Assembly: GCA_028712095.1 (NCBI GenBank)
Contig: JAQTQU010000001.1
Location: forward strand, 1-60,563
Source of the DNA: Candidatus Peribacteraceae bacterium
GTDB taxonomy: Bacteria; Patescibacteriota; Gracilibacteria; Peribacterales; Peribacteraceae
Length of the DNA stretch: 60,563 bases
Reading direction: 5' to 3'
In this document: piece after piece, positions 18,728 through 24,958 of the stretch
How the letters are laid out: each line of letters opens with the position of its first letter
Position numbering within the stretch: position 1 is the first letter of the stretch
Notes under the pieces: model-generated
The model's input: only the letters and a program-made list of their open reading frames with translations
The model's database searches: none
Told to the model about the DNA's origin: nothing
Translations under genes and position numbers: made by a program

Positions 18728-19306
18728 ATGGCGGCGATGTTCACCGGAATCATCGAGGCAACGGCCAAAGTCACCGTACAGGGGGGCGGGAAGCTCATGC
18801 TGGAGCGTCCGGTTTCGTTCGATGACGTCCGGCTGGGCTCGAGCATCTCTGTCTCGGGCGTCTGTCTGACAGTGGCGGCAATGGACGCGCGTGCACTCAC
18901 GTTTGACGTGATGCCGGAGACAGTGGCGAAGACCACCATTGGCGATATGGCGATGGGCGATGTGGTGAACCTCGAGCGCGCACTTTCGGCACACGGACGT
19001 TTCGAAGGGCATGTCGTTCAGGGACATATCGAAGGAACGGGGGAGGTGATCGGCTTGCAGAACCTTGGAGGGGATGTCCGCCTGACCATCCGCGTTCCTG
19101 CAGAACTCCAACGTGCCATCGTTCCCAAAGGTTCGATCTGTCTCGACGGCGTGTCGCTCACCATTGCCGACGTCGGTCCGAACTCCTGCACCGTCGCGCT
19201 CATCCCCATAACGTTGCAATCAACGACGCTTGGCGTGAAGCGGATGGGGGATCGGGTGAATATCGAAACGGATATTCTCGTCCGCACGCTGTTGGTTGTT
19301 CGTTAA
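18728..19306 (+). CDS. ribE: riboflavin synthase
   Basis: MFTGIIEATAKV..., ISVSGVCLTV, GHVVQGHIEGTG, ICLDGVSLTI. This is the classic two-barrel riboflavin synthase pattern. Confidence 0.9.
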   Translation: MAAMFTGIIEATAKVTVQGGGKLMLERPVSFDDVRLGSSISVSGVCLTVAAMDARALTFDVMPETVAKTTIGDMAMGDVVNLERALSAHGRFEGHVVQGHIEGTGEVIGLQNLGGDVRLTIRVPAELQRAIVPKGSICLDGVSLTIADVGPNSCTVALIPITLQSTTLGVKRMGDRVNIETDILVRTLLVVR

Positions 19307-19325
19307 GGTTGTAAATGTTATAGAG

Positions 19326-19357
19326 GTTAGGGAGGCCTGATACGTTTCAACCTTTCA
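19326..19357. repeat. 32-bp motif, exact reverse complement of 2305..2336
   Basis: GTTAGGGAGGCCTGATACGTTTCAACCTTTCA, starting 20 nt after the ribE stop. Confidence 0.9.
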
Positions 19358-19550
19358 GGCTTCGCTAACTTCTCTCACCTCATAAACTTCCCTTTCAGGC
19401 TTCCCTCACTTCTCTCACCTCATAAACTTCCCTTTCAGGCTTCCCTCACTTCTCTCACCTCATAAACTTCCCTTTCAGGCTTCCCTCACTTCTCTCACCT
19501 CATAAACTTCCCTTTCAGGCTTCACTAACTTCACAAACCTCTCTAACCTT
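19351..19550 (+). repeat. 40-bp tandem repeat, 4 full units plus one degenerate unit
   Basis: The unit is CCTTTCAGGCTTCCCTCACTTCTCTCACCTCATAAACTTC, starting at 19351, 19391, 19431, 19471 and 19511. Units 2 to 4 are identical. It fills the ribE-ribH spacer. Confidence 0.95.
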
Positions 19551-19555
19551 TCTTT

Positions 19556-20017
19556 GTGCTTCAATCGTCCTCCCTTCCCTTGTCGGCCCATGTCTCCTCC
19601 GGATTCCGAATCGGCATCATCCACTCCCGGTACTATCCCGATATTGTTGCGAAGATGATCGAAGGAGCACAGAAGGTTTTGCAGGATGCGGGGATCGCAC
19701 GGGGGAACGTGCGCACGTATGCCGTACCCGGCTCCTTCGAAATCCCCCTTATCGGTTCCGCCCTCATTGCGGCACATGAAGTGGATGCGCTCATTGCGCT
19801 CGGGGTGATCGTCGAAGGCGAAACGCACCATGCTTCTCTCATCGCGGGCGAGGCGGCGCGTGCGATTATGGATCTGCAGGTCCGGCACCTGATACCGTTC
19901 GCATTCGAGATTCTGTACGTCCACAATCTGGAACAGGCGCGCGCCCGCATCAACAGGGGGGCGGAAGCCGCACGGAGCGTTCTGCATGCGCTTGCGCAGA
20001 TCGAGCCGCTGCACTGA
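19556..20017 (+). CDS. ribH: 6,7-dimethyl-8-ribityllumazine synthase
   Basis: 153 aa with a GTG start. Motifs: FRIGIIHSRYYPDIVAKMIEGA, VPGSFEIPL, ALGVIVEGETHH. Confidence 0.9.
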   Translation: MLQSSSLPLSAHVSSGFRIGIIHSRYYPDIVAKMIEGAQKVLQDAGIARGNVRTYAVPGSFEIPLIGSALIAAHEVDALIALGVIVEGETHHASLIAGEAARAIMDLQVRHLIPFAFEILYVHNLEQARARINRGAEAARSVLHALAQIEPLH

Positions 20018-20140
20018 ATGAAATCCGGCGTTGCCGCTCCGGAGATTGAAATGAGTAGCGTGGCGGGCGCGAAATGGTGTGGCATCTTGTAAAGAGCGGC
20101 AAAATCCCTGTAGGATTGCAAATACTCTCCTCATTTCCCT

Positions 20141-21502
20141 ATGCGCGCATCATTGCGGACGTCTCTCTTGCTCTCCGGAGCGTTCATCACGCTGCTGGCA
20201 ACCGGTGTCACGGCGGCGGAGATTTTTCCGGATGTCCCCGTCGGGCATATTTTCGAAGAACCGATCAACGCGCTGGTGAATGCGGGTGTTCTCACGGGGA
20301 ATCCTGACGGCAGGTTCTACCCCGACCGTCAGGTGAATCGTGCCGAACTGCTCAAGATGCTCTACAAGGCTACGGGCAAGATTCCCGACGCTTCCAGCCG
20401 CGCTTGCTTCTCGGATGTGGAGCGCCTGAGCTGGTACGAGTCCTACGTGTGCGACGCCGCGGCACACCACTACGTGGAAGGGTATTCCGACGGAACGTTC
20501 CGTCCCGCCAATCCCGTGAATCGCGTCGAGGCTCTGAAGATGATCACGCAGGTCATCGGCATTCCGGTGGAGAACATTGGTGAAGATGCCCGTCAGGTGG
20601 TGAAGTTCGTGGATGTGTCGATTTCCGCGTGGTACACCAAGTATCTGTATGCGGCCTACGTGAAGGGGATTCTGCCCATTGCCGGACAGGATACCTCGCG
20701 CTTCTTCCCCGACTGGCCGCTCTTGCGTGGAGAAGCTGCAGCCATGATATTCAACGCGCTCAATACCGATCTCGTTGAGCGTCGCCAGGGCAGCAGCGTG
20801 TCTTCGGCCGCGTCGGCACAGAGCCGCTCTTCGACGGTTGCCGGTTCCTCTTCCTCGTCCAGTGACGCCGCCAGTTTTGACGTGCCGTTCCCCTTCGAGT
20901 CCGCCGGCAAGTTCACAGCGCGCAAATCGGTCACGTACCGGTTCACGCTCGATCATGCCGCCGTCGTTTCCACGGTGGCCGGACTGCAGGCGGGGCAGCC
21001 GGGCAGTATTTCATGCCGACTCTACCTGATGGCGGAATCCGGGTTTTCGTTCGAGTACTTCATGGGCTTTCAGGAGGGGTCGAGCTGCACGCTCAAGACC
21101 GCGCTCAAGCCCGGCAGCTACCAGCTCCAGCTTGCTCCCACGATTGCGGATACCACCTTCAGTGTAAAAGCGGAAACGACGACCACCGGCGACGGGAGCG
21201 ACGGCTTCGGTGAGGCGCAGACCCTTCCTTTCAATCTGGCTCGTACGGGAACGCTTGCCCCCGGTGACTATCAGGACTGGTTCAAGTTCACGGTCTCCGC
21301 CACGCAGACCCTGCAGATCTCGGTCACGGATAGTACGCAGCTCACGTGCCTGATTTACCCCATGGAGGATGTGGATCTGTACGGCTTCTCGGGACCGTCC
21401 TGCGGTCAGCGCTACGAATACCAGCCGGGCTCGTACGTCATTGCCGTCGGACGGATGTCTCCTGCGGATGCGCGGCAGACGTATACGGTCCTCGCTCAGT
21501 AA
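20141..21502 (+). CDS. secreted SLH-domain protein with pre-peptidase-C-terminal (PPC)-like domain
   Basis: 453 aa. Signal peptide. SLH repeats: FPDVPVGHIFEEPINALVNAGVLTGNPDGRFYPD, FSDVERLSWYESYV, FVDVSISAWYTKY. C-terminal GDYQDWFKFTV is PPC-like. Confidence 0.8.
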   Translation: MRASLRTSLLLSGAFITLLATGVTAAEIFPDVPVGHIFEEPINALVNAGVLTGNPDGRFYPDRQVNRAELLKMLYKATGKIPDASSRACFSDVERLSWYESYVCDAAAHHYVEGYSDGTFRPANPVNRVEALKMITQVIGIPVENIGEDARQVVKFVDVSISAWYTKYLYAAYVKGILPIAGQDTSRFFPDWPLLRGEAAAMIFNALNTDLVERRQGSSVSSAASAQSRSSTVAGSSSSSSDAASFDVPFPFESAGKFTARKSVTYRFTLDHAAVVSTVAGLQAGQPGSISCRLYLMAESGFSFEYFMGFQEGSSCTLKTALKPGSYQLQLAPTIADTTFSVKAETTTTGDGSDGFGEAQTLPFNLARTGTLAPGDYQDWFKFTVSATQTLQISVTDSTQLTCLIYPMEDVDLYGFSGPSCGQRYEYQPGSYVIAVGRMSPADARQTYTVLAQ

Positions 21503-21567
21503 TCGCCGGATGTATTTGGGTACTGTTCCTGCTTTTGAGAAGGGATGAGAGCGTAGGGAGTTTTTCT

Positions 21568-22056
21568 TTACCGTGATGGCACGCGGAGGATGCGTGGCGG
21601 GTGGCGTGTCGCCTCGAGGAACCGGACAATTCCCGCATGCGGGATGACGAGAGTCGCCGTGTTCACGAGGGGGTGGCACTGCAGGGCAGGGGCATGCCAG
21701 ATGGCTTCATCGAGGATGACCTCTGCGTTTCCCTGCGGATCGTTCACGATACCGAGCAGTGTTACGGCGCCCGGCTCGACTCCAAGAAGTGATTGTAATC
21801 TCTCGGGAGAAGCGAAGCTGAGCTTATCCACTGCAAGCAGATCTTTGAGTCCCTTCAAGTCCGTGGCAGTGTCGTAGCCGACCACGACGAGAAAATTCCT
21901 CGTTCCCTTGCGGTCCCGCAGCAGCAGATTCTTGGTGGCGGTGCCGGGCATTTCCGGGCACAGACGCTGCGCTTCTTCGCAGGTGAAGACCGCTGCATGG
22001 TCGAATGTCTCGAAGGGAATGCCGTGTTCCGTGAGAAAGGCGAAGATATCGGGCAT
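21568..22056 (-). CDS. YbaK/ProX-type aminoacyl-tRNA deacylase-like protein
   Basis: The ORF-track start at 22128 overlaps ribBA. The ATG at 22056 gives MPDIFAFLTEHGIPFETFDHAAVFTCEEA...TKNLLLRDRKG, typical of proteins with the ProRS-associated domain. Confidence 0.75.
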   Translation of the reverse strand: MPDIFAFLTEHGIPFETFDHAAVFTCEEAQRLCPEMPGTATKNLLLRDRKGTRNFLVVVGYDTATDLKGLKDLLAVDKLSFASPERLQSLLGVEPGAVTLLGIVNDPQGNAEVILDEAIWHAPALQCHPLVNTATLVIPHAGIVRFLEATRHPPRILRVPSR

Positions 22057-22088
22057 ATCGGTGATTTTTACTTGTATACTCTCAGTCC

Positions 22089-23300
22089 ATGTCACGCTTC
22101 GCAACTGTTCCGCAGGCCCTTGAGGCATTGAAGGCCGGACGCATGATCATCGTGACGGATGATGAGGCGCGCGAGAACGAAGGGGATCTGGTGTGTTCCG
22201 CCATGCACATCACCGAAGAGGCGATGGCCTTCATCATCCGGCATACCGGCGGGGTCGTCTGTCTTGCACTGAGCAACGCCATTGCTGATCAGTTGTTGCT
22301 GCCGCCGATGGTGCGCGAAAATTCATCCAAGCGGCAGACGCCGTTCACGGTCTCTATCGAGGCGACAGAGGGGGTGGATACCGGCATCTCGGCGCACGAT
22401 CGCGCCCGTACCGTTCGTGCGGCAGCCGATCCCGATGCGCGTCCCGAGGATCTCGCGCGGCCCGGACATGTTTTCCCTCTGCGTGCGCAGGACGGCGGCG
22501 TTCTGGTGCGCTCCGGACACACCGAAGCCGCCACCGATCTGTGTCGTCTCGCAGGTCTCAGGGAGGCCGCGGTGATCAGTGAGCTCATGCATGACGACGG
22601 CACGATGATGCGTCTGCCCGCCCTGCAGGAATTTTCCGGCGCGCATCATATTCCCATTCTGCGCATCGCCGATCTCATCGCCCACCGGCGTCGTACCGAA
22701 ACGCTGGTGCGCAAAGAGGCCGAGTCGCCGCTGCAGACGGAGACAGGACTGTGGACGATTGCGGTCTACCGCGATCTGCTCCATCACGAGGATCACGTGG
22801 CGCTGACGAAGGGTGATGTGCAGGGCGGAGCGCCTTTGCTGGTGCGTGTGCACTCCGAGTGTTTCACGGGGGATACGTTGCACTCCCTGCGCTGTGATTG
22901 CGGAAATCAGCTGCAGACCGCCATGCGGATGATGGAGAGGGAAGGACGCGGTGTGTTGCTATACCTCAAGCAGGAGGGTCGCGGCATCGGACTTGCGAAC
23001 AAGATCCGCGCGTACGCGCTGCAGCAGTCCCATGGTCTCGACACGGTCGAGGCGAATGAGCGTCTCGGATTTGCCGCGGACCTGCGGGAGTACGGAATCG
23101 GTGCGCAGATTTTAAAAAATCTCGGTGTGCAGAATATCCGTCTGCTCACGAACAATCCGCGCAAGATCATCGGGCTCGAAGGCTACGGTCTTTCCGTGAC
23201 GGAGTGTGTACCGTTGGAGCTTGCTGAAGCCACATCCGAGCAGCGTACGTACCTCGCGGTGAAGAAGAAAAAACTCGGACACACGATCAGCACGGTGTAA
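22089..23300 (+). CDS. ribBA: bifunctional 3,4-dihydroxy-2-butanone-4-phosphate synthase / GTP cyclohydrolase II
   Basis: 403 aa. Motifs: [51 protein letters not shown]. Confidence 0.95.
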   Translation: MSRFATVPQALEALKAGRMIIVTDDEARENEGDLVCSAMHITEEAMAFIIRHTGGVVCLALSNAIADQLLLPPMVRENSSKRQTPFTVSIEATEGVDTGISAHDRARTVRAAADPDARPEDLARPGHVFPLRAQDGGVLVRSGHTEAATDLCRLAGLREAAVISELMHDDGTMMRLPALQEFSGAHHIPILRIADLIAHRRRTETLVRKEAESPLQTETGLWTIAVYRDLLHHEDHVALTKGDVQGGAPLLVRVHSECFTGDTLHSLRCDCGNQLQTAMRMMEREGRGVLLYLKQEGRGIGLANKIRAYALQQSHGLDTVEANERLGFAADLREYGIGAQILKNLGVQNIRLLTNNPRKIIGLEGYGLSVTECVPLELAEATSEQRTYLAVKKKKLGHTISTV

Positions 23301-23419
23301 TTTTTTATTTTTCTCACGTTTGACGATGGCACATTTTTTCAAATGCGCCGCAGAAAGAATTTCCCATGAACGGAAATTTGCATACAGTATCAAGATACAT
23401 ATTCTTTCCCCCATATTTT

Positions 23420-23482
23420 ATGGTTAAGAAGAAAGCAAGGAAGACGAAGAAGCGAAAGGCAACGAAGAAGAAGCGCCGCTAG
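23420..23482 (+). CDS. 20-codon polybasic micro-ORF (MVKKKARKTKKRKATKKKRR)
   Basis: Read directly from the DNA: ATG at 23420, TAG at 23480. It is followed by the hairpin GCATAC-TTGC-GTATGC. It is below the ORF-track cutoff and coding status is unproven. Confidence 0.25.
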   Translation: MVKKKARKTKKRKATKKKRR

Positions 23483-23567
23483 TCGTCCTTTTGTCCTGTC
23501 GAGCGTCCCGCATACTTGCGTATGCAAGGAGCGGGGCGCTTGTTTGTCGGCCCGGCATGACGCGCAC

Positions 23568-23978
23568 TTACGCGGTTCGCTTGTACTCTGTTGCAGAAGG
23601 CAGGCCGAATTTCTTTTCCAATCCGGGAACAAGTTGCCCGCGCAGATTGCTGAGTGAGGTGTGCGTGCTGGCTCCCTGTTTTGCGCGTTCGGCTTTCCAG
23701 CTGTCGAGCATGGGGAGCGGGAGAGGGAGGAGCTTGATGGCGCTCCACGTGAGACGCAGCGTTCCCTTGCTCATGCCTTTGATCAAACTCCAGAATACTC
23801 TTCCCGGGGCCGCCAGTACATTCCATGTCGCGTCCGCGATGTCATGTCTGGTCGAAGCGAAGAACGGTTTGCCTTCCAATGTCCGCACGGCATTCTCGGC
23901 GATTTTCACCGGCAGGGTTGCCGGACCTTCGACCGCTTTGCCGACCGCGCCTCCGATCTCGTTGAGCATGTCGCCCAT
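23568..23978 (-). CDS. hypothetical protein (about 136 aa), probably leaderless
   Basis: The ORF-track start at 23993 is a TTG that lies inside a TTGATA-16-TATAAT promoter. The ATG at 23978 sits 6 nt after TATAAT (MGDMLNEIGGAVGK...). Confidence 0.5.
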   Translation of the reverse strand: MGDMLNEIGGAVGKAVEGPATLPVKIAENAVRTLEGKPFFASTRHDIADATWNVLAAPGRVFWSLIKGMSKGTLRLTWSAIKLLPLPLPMLDSWKAERAKQGASTHTSLSNLRGQLVPGLEKKFGLPSATEYKRTA

Positions 23979-24033
23979 AGAGATATTATACAATATTATA
24001 AATATATATCAAGGAAAGAATTGTCTCTGCACA

Positions 24034-24145
24034 GATGTGGTGCCCCCGGCCCATGCTTCGCTCTGCGAGCTACGCAGGGCCTCGTTGGAAGCTGAAATGG
24101 TTGTTGAGGTTTGCGTATGGTGTAAGAGATGGTGCCCCCGGCAGG
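24034..24145 (-). pseudogene. decayed tRNA-Arg fragments (two extra copies of the tRNA 3' end, one with a D-arm remnant)
   Basis: GATG(T)GGTGCCCCCGGC recurs at 24034 and 24128, as at the true tRNA 3' end (24241). The reverse complement of 24034..24081 reads GGCCCTGCGTAGCTCGCAGAGCG...GGGCCGGGGGCACCA. Confidence 0.55.
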
Positions 24146-24242
24146 CCGTCTTCGTTCCTCGCTGTGCTCGGAACTTCGCCGTGCCGCTTCGTGCTGCGAA
24201 CTCTCAAGAAACATCACGGCGTAGTCCGCAGACGAAGCCGGA

Positions 24243-24319
24243 TGGTGCCCCCGGCAGGATTCAAACCCACGGCCTCCTGGTCCGAAGCCAGGCGCTCTAT
24301 TCAGCTGAGCTACGGGGGC
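24243..24319 (-). tRNA. tRNA-Arg (anticodon UCG), CCA encoded
   Basis: Cloverleaf read by hand: acceptor GCCCCCG/CGGGGGC, D stem GCTC/GAGC, anticodon arm CCTGG-CTTCGGA-CCAGG. The T arm GTGGG-TTTGAAT-CCTGC has two G-U pairs and U56, with A19 in the D loop. Confidence 0.75.
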
Positions 24320-24520
24320 ACGGGAGACAGTATAGCTCCCCGGGACCATCGCGCAGCGTTTTTTGTCGGACGCCCCGCAAGCGTGGCTGGGTCAGCTGAG
24401 CTTTGTGGGCACGGGAGACAGTATAGCTCCCCGGGACCATCGCGCAGCGATTTTTTTGTCAGACGCCCCGCAGGCGTGGCTGGGTCAGATAAGTTTTGTG
24501 GGCACGGGAGGTAGTATACT
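24316..24520. repeat. tandem repeat of about 92 bp (2.2 units) containing the tRNA-Arg 5' end plus its promoter
   Basis: GGGCACGGGAG(A/G)(C/T)AGTATA(G/C)(C/T) recurs at 24316, 24407 and 24500. Each unit also carries a copy of the D-arm segment CAGCTGAGCT (degenerate in the last unit). Confidence 0.85.
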
Positions 24521-24526
24521 GCAACC

Positions 24527-24937
24527 ATGGGTACCCACGACGATGAAGATGTGTGGGCGAGTTACTCGCAACAGGAGCGCCTGACCCGCGCGGATCCGCG
24601 AAAAGACGCTCTCAAGCGTGAGGTCGAACGCAAGCAGGGCAGGAACATTCTCGACAAAGATGCGCAGAAGCTGAAGGAGCTGAAGACGAAGGTGAATCTG
24701 GGTGAGCTGCAGTCGCAGGTGTCCGGTCAGCAGGATGAGGAATCGCAGCGTTCGCGGCGCGCAGAGGAAGACAGGAAGCATCAGACCTTCCACACCGAGA
24801 CGATCAAAGAAAAGGAGGAAGAGGCGGTCGATACGGCCAAGACCAAGCCGACCGCCGAGCGTCTCATTAAAAAAGAGGAGGATGAGCGCGAGGAGCAATC
24901 GCAGGCGGGTCAGGAGTATCAGCAACAAGTTGGATGA
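24527..24937 (+). CDS. highly charged (E/K/R/Q-rich) hypothetical protein
   Basis: 136 aa. The ATG is 6 nt after TATACT (24515..24520), so the transcript is probably leaderless. Low-complexity composition limits confidence. Confidence 0.45.
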   Translation: MGTHDDEDVWASYSQQERLTRADPRKDALKREVERKQGRNILDKDAQKLKELKTKVNLGELQSQVSGQQDEESQRSRRAEEDRKHQTFHTETIKEKEEEAVDTAKTKPTAERLIKKEEDEREEQSQAGQEYQQQVG

Positions 24938-24958
24938 AAGGCGTAGGGGCACAGCGCT

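Noticed and set aside
19351-19550. Possible CRISPR array
   Set aside because: The 40-bp units are directly adjacent with no spacers, and there are no cas genes. It is a plain tandem repeat.
23491-24399. 302-aa plus-strand ORF spanning the tRNA-Arg locus
   Set aside because: It runs through the tRNA gene, its fragments and the AT-rich promoter. Its composition is Arg/Ser/Pro-rich. The opposite-strand 136-aa gene and the tRNA explain the region better.
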